From the NCBI GenBank assembly GCA_964486045.1, contig CAZALK010000007.1:1-64000 (forward strand): 64,000 bases of DNA, written 5' to 3'. Numbering within the stretch: the first letter of the stretch is position 1; the number at the start of each line of letters is the position of its first letter. Shown piece by piece: positions 27,001-30,868 of this stretch. The notes below the pieces were generated by a model that was not told the origin of the DNA, searched no databases, and saw only the letters and a list, made by a program, of their open reading frames with translations. The stretch comes from an uncultured archaeon. GTDB lineage: Archaea > Asgardarchaeota > Lokiarchaeia > Sigyniarchaeales > SOKP01. A program made the position numbers and the translations under genes.

Positions 27001-28497
27001 GAAGCTCACATTTTGAGAAATATTATTTTTCAGCGAAGTAAGATGTTTTCATTTACTTCTAAATTGACTGAAATTTTTAATGAATTTCAACATCCCTATT
27101 TATTCACTGAAGGATTTAAACGACATTATTTTACAAATCGATTTGGTCGAGGTGCTGATTTTAAGGCAAATATGATTGAGCAATTTCAAGATTTTTTTAT
27201 AAGTGTTCAAGACCCAGATATCACATTAGAGAGTCGAAACCGTCTTCTAAATATGATGGATATTTATAGTGCTCAGAACAATTTACCAAATTATCGTCAA
27301 CTTAGGGATAAACCAGTATATACTTTACTGGAAGCGGCTAGGAAGGCTTTTTCAAAGCAAGAGGGCAGTTTTATACCGATGAGTAACTTCATACGACGTA
27401 TTGTTGGTAGTGGAATGACACAATATTCAATGATAGTACAAGACCAATTTGGAGCTATAAAGGTAAGCAATCTTTGGGCTTATTGCAAAGAAAATATTTT
27501 AAACCAAGATGATAAAGCATATATTGAAGGACTTGTAAAGGCTGCAGGCTTTTATCTTGATAGTATTATTTTGACAGATTCTGATTCCCTCAAGGCTCCC
27601 GAAATTGAAATTGTTGCTAAGCTCCAAGACAAACTTAGTGTTTTAAATAGATGGAAAAATAGTAATCCTTCTGTGAGAGAGCTGACACAATATTTCGGAG
27701 TAGATTTTAGTAGAGTTATGTCTGAATACTCTCATGATCGGTTCAAAAGAGTATTTTTTGACAATGAGATTCAAATAATAAAGGGCAAATTACATTCTGA
27801 CCTATTAGCTATAAGTCCACGAGGTTATAATGATATTATCTTTATGCTGAATAAATACGATTCAAGCAATAGAGTTAGAGAGATTGAGCACAAGTATAAG
27901 ACATATCAAGGATGGATAAATAATCGAGATCGTAAGATTTATGGAGATTCTGATACTGTTCATCCTAAAGTCTGGAATAAGCCCAAGTTTCGGGAAGCAA
28001 TACGGAAAGTTCTCTTTCCGAGACAGGGAGGGCATGTTACAGTTGAGAACGGTGAGAGCGTCTATCATATATTTGATGGTTTTACAGGGGAAGTCTTTAC
28101 TTGGAGAAAATTAACATTAACACCACATAAGGATCTTCAGTCAGGAAATGTTGTTTTAGTAGCTACTAACGAAGAAGGTGTTGAAATTGCCATTATTCAT
28201 CACATTGATTTTAATAAAGAGAATAATCAGCTTAGTAATTACTTGTGGATACGTAGTGAGAATCATAAGACAAATCTTAGAGATGATGCCAAGAGGAAGT
28301 ACATAGCTCAAGGAAAGATAGCTTCCTTAGCATTTGAATATGGTTTAGCTCCGAGATTCTGGTCTCACGAAGCACAATTAAGATTTATTGAAGCAAAACG
28401 TACTAATAGTGGATTATTTCCTTCAGGGGATACAATTATGATAGTGGGGGATTCTACCAACCAATTAGGCTTGGATCATTTCTTAGGAAATAAGTAA
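1..28497 (+). CDS. Giant (>=9,498 aa, 5'-truncated) surface/secreted protein with C-terminal membrane helices and HNH nuclease tip; candidate polymorphic toxin
   Basis: Frame 1 is open from base 1 (QNALSFGDIIYY...), so the TTG at 85 is not the true start. D/E/N/Y/T-rich beta-type body with many NxS/T sequons and DxNGD/DxDxDG Ca-binding motifs. Hydrophobic helices at ~24.6 and 25.8-26.4 kb. Basic C-terminus with HHIDFNKENNQLSNYLWIRSENH. Confidence 0.9.
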   Translation, partial: QNALSFGDIIYYNRDQNYSDIPIQFNGYLDNWQDIITQENKSDISVDMSYWDFSDEIWVPMGTQTTTDGTFTVDWHVDNNTFYKLLPHQRSYLPINYTFDEQPNNNYFYGSYGYFDDTTTLHPFLVDINGNIYVYSYNNSNNQWFINFTNSLGFSLQGNVISNFDLNGDIYTDLAIYNKLAISDNISLYIFDSNTLMYNFNQTILASSISLPESLPGAVFTEYVFDFESTSYLSMYICVSNTANAVNYIAKLDFDSDLVRTQQNDGTQLPANRIVSAVNIVDDSVFVGAINPAYNYVVNSSILSIDKNLVNFTMFEDSVKGAILELNSFTSPIGVVVVAGLSMSYYNEDDDILYYIFDTSTDTWYKTSFSLNSEVESFSNEIYDFKIRSIVKSKEDYFESVLISSSQGLWKTYIDTEVITNSLTPIFYAVDTFRPWDLYKYQQDSETSIIPLTHNPAIEIINVYEFDKYYDLGYYTYDELREIDSSSYYISADKKSLICLNINDLSWRARTQDDADLYYEVRYFYESTVAYASGLLSGSYKVDEYEQVGNIAARNSQMRAEKLGFQLLNPHDLDHWTFYYGTDYDDWNYQQIDATTGVPYILASGLFADSGIASQDTLSALTEYDNKRMDYGSIITTSSTVSTGAELSQFGDGQDFFRPSDFQSPYSNSYIDAVWVEDLSRSSTIDFISDMDDYASLQSSMGAWTDNIFPETAGQIGYQPEIVNVVIWDDQEESAIVVGNSTYESVNLAERINILSDIGDYLKIYQVDPDLSDRDLYIDVTFRLDHNEDYESIKYILVSTSFAHEIEPIAGYSIGNFPMEDYHNNIQVGLADSSNTYFKDINGDDSFDASNIITSRSNPDKVYNTFKTYNFGESIYSDIVDGKYTKVSNDANEANFLYPGSSQNFIEDGIFTRQANNINQFNYENYIPEVIWQSPAQYYSETHIYDYNYLRLDTSSITDFAADEELTLRVSLDGYSSPTNLLDHNDLILRQLICTVFSDKDNLNNEHWDVSGAGYTRQDSDGSLILNSGAIKLNNEVKAYPVRANLNSDNKYRASFKFERTDDPMTFSVGSSSYTYNPLGQYTLGLKDDINLVEITYDKTDPTNSWHFFVNGEERPGTELGQFDHTNFNPSGDLYPKISVADGIEIDLIEIKSQVFKKIDADFSSWYTEFNDTDGPTPVGGVNEVGRDLTYSDKSLQREIIYSFNEGLTNVNEVFEDLRLWSDIDYNTNYDQITQQQYDPNFPLFNWNLPSNEQLFNSNPGAIGVKTFGEGYSLPLTYGEVWHFDGYFRDYPLPPALPSNIYISRIGLDFYFRYSDGDGSGSTITYKFDNLGNLVLLLPDPGPDPYSKWRTEYDGFRTEYNFDDLEYWNYGEFQDTTFSNAMTYTDNLNFANFPGYSAYYDDTQLHINSKLDFFDHLNVEVYSLDYDIYYTDEPNTFEDYLDNQEFDIPTKALAEFYIVDSKNYKRIISNTDNFSSSGSNLTTLLGDSSLKMDDIIYKTSFGNNALSFNIKANINYPDFADEADSITATNTINSFQIVPKLKPTEGKGLSIPDPEDLYPYPYGSSWWHEQELVSLMPFNLTYSGINEQDIDGLSDIILKANINVSVSNFNAWSWRPNLKVYDYNNDKWLPYEGNIYMYNDVDDKLVWTGQESDTAQDEYDSVQKWRDSGLFYGNPASETSDNGTIIFKISKDSYDLSDIVRYDTTGGYSYLTLLGLTYVIPGTWNSNEGKWDLTYEDNFDSKGRMSFNSSFTSNYTYARSYKKTYVIKKNLNYSNDVADVFDRPSVTQPWIDLNETLGAINPRYIAQIVDVYGINYNPKMVSILTDPTPEDAIGSDYWRFNRTEGKLYIPLGAIINYEKFNFTMELWTDFTQDVGNENIFYPDSSFNNITIVENIIRNNSGQIEYFTKNFESDYSFYQDEPYFFDLNGDGSVNAIEFSNNINIENNDKIKGVVHNIENFGSPEFDEKTNLLLYDTLKFPFAVTNLDDAVLLGLDLELQFKTGFIGKESITNILLSESDYDINLEFYKRESGQDNYIGTLHLEDLTDVFSQYGLYNLSIDLKKSGLHLNSLFECFEGGKELIVNVTASFHGFHQGKRLNGKFALEILYAEIDADLVNEYPTLDMVELYPTNDGTQYINMSSDFMHNPAYADIDELYGYSYADGQLQFIDPAKYYSGSLKYLSDISGQKGTHSGDLTNIDRKDGNYLNLTSESGAGTSLDYILDGQYVPRQPDDFSLDRGSADYSGYLDRLDGSYSTFTSDDTIPGNVLDPQNIAPSEYITSLSGFYDTDSNLANSYVDDSNYASINSKWAIIYVINVGLNFNTPLGGRDFAFNIHIGRSGIGLVDLYVNGQLVASSNEIDLNFNSHDVTRIEIYAWGVLDFDVYVYYFKLMELTDFTILEGSSNQGGDVEFDDNSWTTFTSNTIESASQSLIPEDDAITEWDFPASAPHWNDVNVDDSLYIKEDAYGSEFPGQTDQFIFPDWTIPSEAQGARVTTLKIHVLSKKDSGATAWSAVKYSLNGGSSFSSEKNVVSGTGYGWYTLTWTGLSLTTVQLEYLEVAITCYNQDPVWITQSPGYIYVDMIYVELIYTKPTINRIEFISQFTMDPVGQFVNDIDLDYAYVFPTTSNLFMDFYIYNFAQGTWDFIEEDEFNMADTYSVLPTHYNTQNEVIVKMKAYTGSGLYPAFTLELDQLRLTFNNTALSFTSEIFVDNIYADSVLQYSYRLNSSQTLAFEIWSEIFQQWITISEDNRQSFTKSTFNLRGDLPGMYFDQSQKILLRFFAENFMLQTFNLQIDLLNVGHSSYTTEETTGLEDYFVSIDYYSNDENFYLLYGDDLGYHSLGTLRSTSGTTFTTNFFPVLLDTRLTLRIIHNETSSPVSIYLDRIIISSNSTEEIDDIIITSDTTYDLYYANLKFLNVPSLVSSHITSTPLTYTEMKKNYYVFKISDIDTTNEFIVDRVKFISPSHTENITILPQDYYHVADDEIYIDSTVATNPSVIPTSQLTADYSYIYDSWEENEYVDTQPYVHNFTISTAQRLEAISFMTTFTEIPQIQSWFFGTTEEEANYKQLSNQLIKDVNLLDIQLFDYASDSWETVNYVVYDLADRDARTFGFFIDRNAIDFLKYDGLSTNNLMYQLKYRFKIEQNYFDEDYSTKTFFDIQDLKVQVYYNPGKSVVSLNPQLEFSADLSDIIHPNGDTSTTAHINELSFDIDWRYGVSVNDAPVDDIDINEVFNNFTLYSNYVNLSVFDKFGTKTLLTKAGGKYYLRNSNTENVYDFINDKHGKQYVDFLLDYKWELRGLISYIYGSIFDLEASIELTNLKLRAKITTVEKELITPISMPVNGSIYVGDITGDSINDIGFMGGFLEKKENNDRFYVKYDFSYLYDADDDDLFNSTKDPRVYFAQYIQDISFSSADVEGFLYYDGENSNKTLIIGDEFLFNLTTTGNVDEAYLYVDLGSSEVIGSNIYNVYANISYEDTTSGSFTLNPTSTTTVDRSGTVNWTTPDNAKAQDDALTNASIILGGGSGQYAMPTSSNFTFTEGNLIYGDLENVDAAYTNLTPGFTAGGGGELEGTFGYTSTGSNKHGLNKDNKQGTIFSLSQDGNVTKISAYAKTGGGAKNPKVAKAVIYSVSSGSPTTLLGVSDELILDNTLQWRDFTFSLEVELTAGDYWIGLIHGTKIDIYSINDIAYDRIYNSDDYGDNPDSTFGAFSNETGKKLCIYATYNYTIGGPDSYDLNTEIEWAPSESVSSMDYLRWNYVNSTPINFYIYNWVTTDYENFTSSISPLTLGGNYNSSDNRVKVKFNKTDTSSFTVDINQLRIEYSTPVLPSQSDWLRSTDFGFIIPDGATINGIMVEFDRYSPQTGQNSIRDYSVMLRNSSGRVGDDNANTSYWKMVDDDTYNSYGNSTYLWGTSWTVGEINSASFGVDIAVQNDGVSNTAYVDEIRITVYYTEAPAPYDGIIRPDGDITAEWETSSGSSHFALINEVTLDTNNYIYTSSIASSNITDTFDMSYLDIGTGSITQIQVKVYGDEIDIDSTINVYCGTWLGTKQLGMTSEGWYTYTWTGLSLSQANLTNMQIKFESAPPQTISGPVLIGQFSAIGGTSNKFSFNWSSIEQSMAYTTGDETDVIVEIIDIDSGSSLNLTYTVLLDFEDPTSVISIGDGATDYSLNNYAAPWTLFNIFTTDNLQGIINHTNYYYTDEISVEYQINVFDMSNISLYFSGFSPISGTETTLFDLGVPVNNFEDHTKYYYTIEFRITDAAGNTITNSSYLGDSYNYDATIPRILVSNEVTIQFDNNLINVNEIYQGIGTIVNFTLIGADNSELQNNWIKVKSGNYYLEITLWNEASQRYEVRFDSLDDLILYSENIFENTLVSNFPLDFQLNWDATGTDYYAFAKHASQKDPLVLSYFLQEERTSVMEISECEGFRLLDYINYSEVFSYLYNGETGEYDIKHNFDENDFTVFINGSVSWNVNFSQYNIEDNLVFFNYYGSDYAEIIKDTQKDGMFLKILVPNIYSTHGTIERLQIIFTDFDDNRFVYSMDSLDFDKYFKDASQYKRVISGLSELLEIPIHIDFSRLSGTNMEANFDITEIYSIDFIVTDAPIWPGSVSMYDPNTGFTIINFPYQIFGISQMNFYDILSNNSALMVYFDEFKYNFLADEGSTIELDQFDSEITDMEAFTELQPLSLTQSNDLYYTSIIDIYFRVSYATTPFLLYDMATPVLLMVDNLTGTTLGFSFLEWDNSIDKFHSKFSITEELGNYELIFTLLPTITEETVNSTDSIEIELIPQILSQIVLKNEREIVFNPDYTFTLNTKFNIDFEEELNLMGYILDNSTYYRDREIIPYKATDPIGEFTLTEYEIDLNGLIGESEFIDKDNFKLEFIDRENYNEITLLFEVIDGQIIYNITSLIEGCWISYYAYYRVDHPNKFMLIINWTSDNSQLIPYDTDLLLTYKVIQGKIITPVTFEDIEDVVIPVDFRMFSYDTFEWENTKQIDSEILETNPTFENSSLFTSVSQGQWRLVDNSSTGAGIITLKDVWKEVGGAFELLNESLYTYSIRNESGVDALNLTYTGSGSIDFKIEYGYIPKQKLTHYAINNFLINSTISIRINNSVTITNMTHGIGYDITGTTNNYITFYTFYSSVTPEYKVGDAYFISYYGYLTEEINLVNNMILEFLDSDGFWIPITKVPIGADGNLDHSFFMGEDGLEFPLNEEIIMRIVYLPSSLTNYNDQSLGVDYSGFNPVYNTTYSINEMFTLTVNGKQSKISYIPTEFSRTFDQWATVQDRIYTTTTSPYETLQVGKPYTYFDFHRTITDNYEFQFELTDDRGEFLADQLVWMEIGFKPKAGLNYKILDWEDEDGNYIDSEALGTAWITEQGQEGVRGPGVLDPTYSISRMFTRPESWEYLDSKTGQVAEYSSLFWDYQITDNTGIVSFNVSLDEDLIEDHHRIFDESLFSSGSVTFDSLDDYRLYIRVFHAPVYDIGHMAFDDASQLYMSQDNNVFDLGRVSELDGYDYKDTTFYSGGYGEGLITIHPEDLMLGVPNLLVHQMGSELNFSFSVEIAEADVVPDAELMTIAKLETSFETNNLIPEDSQNIYLINGMPIIAMITDYSGESVFEEGLVQFSAYVDSDGVATFNINDTYLNQLIPGVYQVNIFTLPREYTKDVYRFISLEVRPENWMKFGEPTMTLDLLNWYDSGWGGAYFGNDYAFYEDIYPRLTGYLATLHSEEGISDYINFKVSAKARDIGDTTDWSEFSWIELGDEDLFISSLVYDGLYYFEYPLGQDGDMLMGKEVILNISADATYNQTGMIADNREQKLFILNLTLTNSSIRTDSVILDSYSDSDIGEFWIGNLAENYGVERYFEYTDDIDTYGIDSDDILLNLNGYTDIIDIVEVRGIYEYDEVILIEGAGNNYTVIGDYSIVINSGTTLDNYSDLVISYTVKLEENKVKTWTFSETNGFEFSEILFNTDTTPLQLDHDNYLGVYNSKFNESYTLDVSGMANLNVGFIDSDITLKDVKIYNITDNTGQKIEDSYELSIINNNKQIRIDVDLTGPKDVFIKYGVASYKLDRGYQRIDMNMTDAVRKLSRFRDSHKLYNHSSSTDINLLTIPDDPQDPLNPGTPKILIPILEDNKTTISFNYLALLYDSILNGSFFLDDAVLYGNVSKLKPILATFTFTTEDGESYFDYVSIDPSTGENRFDFEINLQPMYAVKGYTTYDIEIDFLTYGNNMNITQYVIFDKFELTADDRILQVIDKPMKNKRNEINVAQTINTAHYAQIFTDRLNEAYDVVNDAWVTIAVEGFDDYGELVKLYKDENNYDELTFEVIDNNSYSFKSEQSQDYRLTESLGLHINAYDLELPEYIEGEVNLYAGKGTEAYGEVFVDAKEFNMTWQYSDYTVDVSQFDDNIYNTQNFELSTQPLTSQYMYVNGDLYLHHRVDLTDSNNIISSGLPNGVQFAVEIPNATTRIDYVDINTIDRISTPWDWVESWQGFALTQDDYIVYNPDNADTYTPSTVVLTEGTHYDLVITEQGENQIHFYETKDDIILLLTSNTIQIDFHADFEFTEFDYSIDEPANTYSPTLHWKFPDSSYLFWDQFEYHPDLTSATTFSASFYHLSEYAPMSAFMSSTTEEFQFYPNEYNFTEFIFTGFDDRFYEVSLNLTNGGEFDDIIQDKQWDRINPFGITIQTEAGERYVNEKYMISWSHDVNYPTEPIYTFTMVKEYFEYLNILNDTEVLVTYNYMKESSSYYTKYDDILYGSSYTFTIKDSLGNIIQPVGNISSIQGNNITFTDSIKQYLTIGENFTIEYSFKTKGGLLDTKHFFIEIQPYEMKFYNNYYPFSGSSIVAPLYYNLSANYQYQLALNYRLQEKTFLTFSTELSDYEATSKTATIELSQNDPLEDKDGFVLVTYFINSSGQKEIIEDEYVDYNKLYHKVIISDFDAFTEGDTLVEGDSIYAMIMPELLNKYQPFHYVETDLSNRAFTLTNWKVSQDTDNTLMANFDSNNFIYGATAYEPITPGMVKQIYAILNSTNNLTYYLTDELNDAFNGWKDFDTLIMKMGFLNPDVLEYLNVSFYYNDDTYIGYTNVTLDMLDDDSGSVYIRLPDSTDFQYFTVANNAHITFSPAFYQADDYLGFFYEQGVPTYQSVEWALDDVVNGYLPIDLDKEAFSLNEKVYIFNDQYEFLYAIDTGLREQKEDSNGQIYTLQYNNVSIPSSYIIGGNPMQMKDGDLLFLKYNASLEESIGIIVEDMVLQKKPYILNYETELNDVPIAEISLLGINNDGITYTTEGLYENRDKLVAWNTPLGLTPFENGFYNEYKQAIINISLSDIYSDFKTVNADNIEYSYITDILITSNDPRYELIVDSIFLFEFDENATLYDSDIFDIFDNNHMEKFYVGDYAHIYNEVLTLEASEFLPLYQDNSAINETYYFNAFDNDGNYYYFDEHLSGQETTSGIYDITWNSQYSEEYYYAYRDQDSDLQDLFEYYNPHIDTFRYLYISWADQNAWNEWHTIETPNVNSSTLDITFKWYDEVLEEYQSVSYDQSLDEFEARHIAIENIYPYNSGPVETFDLSQNYYNAVNLEIMLAKGYYFNESEVNFDLGNVILQGDKKSIQITEPNGFELNNFEKIVVYLNFTEGAYSDYTQFRLKDNGFINHPEAPLWTKNDSIYVNYEYNDIDYFLLMEDYAVGSDDSLFEYSEYVRNGNFVSYNTLDSEYEVLKDMQLANFDNFTGKEDKRNTLEFYDSDLDGTHELVIQKEDVDVDGVYDVFRYGEVDPAGEIVFHTTLITIESSNTETQKASSVKRSNYYKIAGDDSIFGDSLQIMIANDGDFAWWWAGTLFGRRTMITDTTTTTTTTTSTIMVQKDLDLDGIIDKDITFESINTISVASTYTTEILGFYLDDIFSENHMFEGSLIEYRNSTVEMSDKSHTFTFRDYKNGEVSSTRIYEDIFPNELSDKYNLNNYLTTVINNNDDEDPSNDFVLQAPALESLLTFTHATDNVPALFDSKTTITSSIAMYNILATQKTVSIPDSRTNLYKTSSVLDIIQVIPVDGKVIVDSNPRYSPKEVSINGEYWYYSSGQDGIFDTVFVVNEDKEVLAIGFDYDYNSLFVPNKRIKSEKHLINTVVGGGHDFSSLGPQNRVYLRDTNSYDGNFMDNTFSDSLYDIWKMHYTSETSALMKEISAITSRQFVQTVTPRVVDDVLWQVGAGLFATIFMITSSTGPLGFLLMYGTLQAAHAREVAEENLQLIASQTFYNEDFEAEITLSSKKAYDELWGGTIPNILGGSTSGVYAGVYLETDRHIFKGDLLLAPQGIQKTDWMGNNVPISLDYAAQTRSYSGYSDINDTRLNAHLFTYEYPEGHHNEPGALDQVITEAGIDISAYNLNSVMHLENAISQETGGQYDTLYPYMLYDNNVFIPTFQFAGIDNAFPVPDFYHEYPIFVDLQSSSATPTFIVSDLYTIYKIFDINSPRDIDIVPDNGVHMIYSDVQRIDVYQYTTADLVMGYDQIVYDRKFIGSYYNNSFSFNKTQGILTIDKDVHSYLVSQAGALEVAHLGDPDYEVFYVFEIKIAKYQVLDPEDKKESHIATMQAVEQNILEYSYQYTHAQNTQQGLSEMFYTVFITTISTIITVGLTYGIGSFLKPSTGFVWDGTGWTFMDTLTTDVGVSTLVSHFAGVASQMSKISVLFSPIKESLQEIFVDPYLETIVSDIVASLGGGIALQVLFSSLVEGGRESITGPLSQFIFGDSQVNTQSLVTEQHVINVISQEESVVENAIENKKYSLKYSPQWSSIFKTGASLILGAALTAIGGPMFFGGTLASGFVALQSISQDVKIQKTIIHNIVSQSFSTDYNAKNNAEEIEIQVRAAGVHPDIALQKISAFSTQKVRDLLPKVYSAYEYNPLLNIYLVAGHTVLDPNLPLSKIHYRRPLTVVADMVGGATSTRIDATSIVNEMAEALYAKLVAKIPQKTLGDAILATFSEDALRQLLADKGIYRDKLRSWITKSQESFNVLVEIATEAHILRNIIFQRSKMFSFTSKLTEIFNEFQHPYLFTEGFKRHYFTNRFGRGADFKANMIEQFQDFFISVQDPDITLESRNRLLNMMDIYSAQNNLPNYRQLRDKPVYTLLEAARKAFSKQEGSFIPMSNFIRRIVGSGMTQYSMIVQDQFGAIKVSNLWAYCKENILNQDDKAYIEGLVKAAGFYLDSIILTDSDSLKAPEIEIVAKLQDKLSVLNRWKNSNPSVRELTQYFGVDFSRVMSEYSHDRFKRVFFDNEIQIIKGKLHSDLLAISPRGYNDIIFMLNKYDSSNRVREIEHKYKTYQGWINNRDRKIYGDSDTVHPKVWNKPKFREAIRKVLFPRQGGHVTVENGESVYHIFDGFTGEVFTWRKLTLTPHKDLQSGNVVLVATNEEGVEIAIIHHIDFNKENNQLSNYLWIRSENHKTNLRDDAKRKYIAQGKIASLAFEYGLAPRFWSHEAQLRFIEAKRTNSGLFPSGDTIMIVGDSTNQLGLDHFLGNK
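28198..28266 (+). other. HNH (beta-beta-alpha-Me) nuclease motif at the tip of the giant protein
   Basis: HHIDFNKENNQLSNYLWIRSENH matches the HHIDxNKxNNxxxNLxxxxxxxH consensus of HNH_3-type endonucleases. Confidence 0.8.
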
Positions 28498-28599
28498 TTT
28501 TTATACCACTATATTTTTTTATATGCATATTTCCATATAATAATTGTTTAAAGTTTTGAGTTGGATTAAAAACAAATTTGTTTTATCTTCGCTAAGTTA

Positions 28600-29937
28600 A
28601 TGAGTAATAGAATAATTTATCCTCATTTTAAGAAAAATATTGTTCGGCTTAGTAGATATATTTCTCTGAAGTTAGAGGATACTAGAACTAATATTTACAT
28701 CGATAACAAATTGTTTATGCAATGTAAATCGTTAATTGTTCATATCTCAATAGATAAATTAAAGAAATATGATGATCTTACTTCCATTGACGATTTAGAG
28801 CAAGAATTTCTTAACTCAAATCACAATCAATCAGAGCTAAGTCCAGAAGATGAGTTTTGGGGTCATTGCTCGAATATTCAAGGTTGGATAGAAAGTGATT
28901 ATGATGCGAGGATCTTACATCACAGTTTAGCTTTCCCTCTTTTAAGAACATTGTATAACTTAGGGGATATTAAGGCCAAAAGAGCTTTTAAGGCTGAGAT
29001 AATTTCTCGATTCATAAATGGGTCAAAACAAGTCAAAATTTTTTTACTTGAGGAAGGTTTTCTATGTAATTTTAGCTTAGAAGAGCGGGAATTAATAAAT
29101 AAAGGTCTTGATGAGCTTTATAATACTTCCTATTTTGCTAAGACTTATTTTTCAGAAAATGAAATAGCATTACTCTTTGATAAAGATGAATTAAATGTTA
29201 TTCAAGAAAAAATTCGCCCGAAGAATTTTTCTAAATCTTTTACACGCAAATATAACCATTTGAAACCCATTTACGATATATTTGAGATCAATGAACTCAG
29301 GAAGCTTACGGATATCACTAGTTTAGCCCTAATCCAGAATTATATTGCTGAAATTAGAGGAATTGAGGACTTTACATATTTAAGAGAGCTTTGTTTAAAT
29401 ATGAATGAAATTAAAGAAATTAAAAATCTTGAAAAACTCAAAAAACTTCGACAACTATCACTACCAGGAAATAATATTTCTGAGATTAAGGGACTTGGGA
29501 ATCTTACAGAATTAGAATTCTTAAGTCTTGGTGATAACCAAATAGTAAAGATTGAAGGCCTCGAATGTTTGAAAAGATTAAAGGTTTTAGACCTTTGGGA
29601 CAATAAAATTAAGGATATTGAAGGTCTTGAGAATCTTACTGATTTGAGACAATTAGCTCTGGGAGGTAATTATATTTCGGAAATTGAAGGTTTAGAGACT
29701 CTTAAAAATTTGAGGGTGTTAATACTTAATTCTAATAAAATATCTGAAATAAAAGGTTTAGATAAACTGATTCACCTTAAAAAAGTTACATTCTATAACA
29801 ACAATATCTCAGAAATTCATGATTTTCCAAATTTACCAGAATTACAAGAGGTTAGTCTTAGGAGAAATCCAATTAGTAGTAAAGATATTAAGGATATTCA
29901 AAAAATTTTAGGTACTAAAGTTAAAGTTTATTTTTAA
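28600..29937 (+). CDS. Leucine-rich repeat protein (SDS22-like LRRs) with Lokiarchaeia-type N-terminal 'EFWGHCSNxQxW' domain
   Basis: C-terminal tandem 22-aa repeats LxxLxLxxNxIxEIxGLExL. N-terminal LKLE..TNIYI...F.QCK...SID...EDEFWGHCSNIQGW..DYD.RILH..LAFPLL. Confidence 0.9.
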   Translation: MSNRIIYPHFKKNIVRLSRYISLKLEDTRTNIYIDNKLFMQCKSLIVHISIDKLKKYDDLTSIDDLEQEFLNSNHNQSELSPEDEFWGHCSNIQGWIESDYDARILHHSLAFPLLRTLYNLGDIKAKRAFKAEIISRFINGSKQVKIFLLEEGFLCNFSLEERELINKGLDELYNTSYFAKTYFSENEIALLFDKDELNVIQEKIRPKNFSKSFTRKYNHLKPIYDIFEINELRKLTDITSLALIQNYIAEIRGIEDFTYLRELCLNMNEIKEIKNLEKLKKLRQLSLPGNNISEIKGLGNLTELEFLSLGDNQIVKIEGLECLKRLKVLDLWDNKIKDIEGLENLTDLRQLALGGNYISEIEGLETLKNLRVLILNSNKISEIKGLDKLIHLKKVTFYNNNISEIHDFPNLPELQEVSLRRNPISSKDIKDIQKILGTKVKVYF

Positions 29938-30101
29938 TCCGTTAATCCAGTTGTTATTTCTTAGGTCTAGTTATGACATTCAAAAAATCACCTTTACACT
30001 AGAATGGATGACAATGAATTAAAATTTAAAACCAATAGAACTAATTATATAATAATAATAATAATAAAATATTACCTAAAGAATTAGAAAAAGTTGATTT
30101 T

Positions 30102-30752
30102 ATGGTAGAGATAAGTTCGATAATCGTTTTGATTACATTTTTTGTTATATTTATGGTTTTTCTAGTGTTTGACTTGTTCGGTCGGAATGAAAAATACGGT
30201 TATATTGCCTATATCATCGCTGTGCTTCCTGTTAATTACTATTGGAGCTTAGGATTCGATCCTCTCGGCGCGTATATTATTCTTTTTGTTCTATGGGATA
30301 TAACATTACTACGAGATACCATAGCAGTATATCTTAAGAGAGATAAAGAAATTAATGAGATTCTTTTATATCTCTTTCTCGGGATCATAATTCAACTAAT
30401 TTTGACTGCGATATTACCAGAGATTATTACAAGTCTACAAGGTTTCACTGACCAAGTATGGTATTTCTGGTTACCAAATGTTCATACTCATCCTATTGAG
30501 ACTATTGCTTTAACTTTTAAAATTACTGCGACTTTGATGATACTTTTAGTTATTTTTCCACTAATTATTGATATAAAAGATGAGGAAGCAACATTACCCA
30601 TTATCATTGTATTTGTTGCGATATTTATTGTTCCATTTCTATTTTTAAGTTTTGTATGGCTTCCAGAGGCAATGGGTGTTTTAACATTTCTATTTTCGGT
30701 AATCCTTTTTGTGGTACTATTGTTGATTACTAGATCGGGGAAAGAAACATAA
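30102..30752 (+). CDS. Multi-pass membrane protein, unknown function
   Basis: 216-aa ORF with about 7 hydrophobic helices. Confidence 0.8.
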   Translation: MVEISSIIVLITFFVIFMVFLVFDLFGRNEKYGYIAYIIAVLPVNYYWSLGFDPLGAYIILFVLWDITLLRDTIAVYLKRDKEINEILLYLFLGIIIQLILTAILPEIITSLQGFTDQVWYFWLPNVHTHPIETIALTFKITATLMILLVIFPLIIDIKDEEATLPIIIVFVAIFIVPFLFLSFVWLPEAMGVLTFLFSVILFVVLLLITRSGKET

Positions 30753-30868
30753 ATCAAAACAATTTCTATAATCTTTTACCTACTTTTTATTATTATTTTT
30801 ATATTTTCCCCACAACATAATATTACACAATAAGGAATTCATATAGGAATAATTCTTTATATTCAATA

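Noticed and set aside
10-28068. Numerous 60-110 aa alternative-frame and antisense ORFs inside the giant gene, and similar ones inside the ATPase and other genes
   Set aside because: Shadow ORFs of long coding regions with no recognisable motifs.
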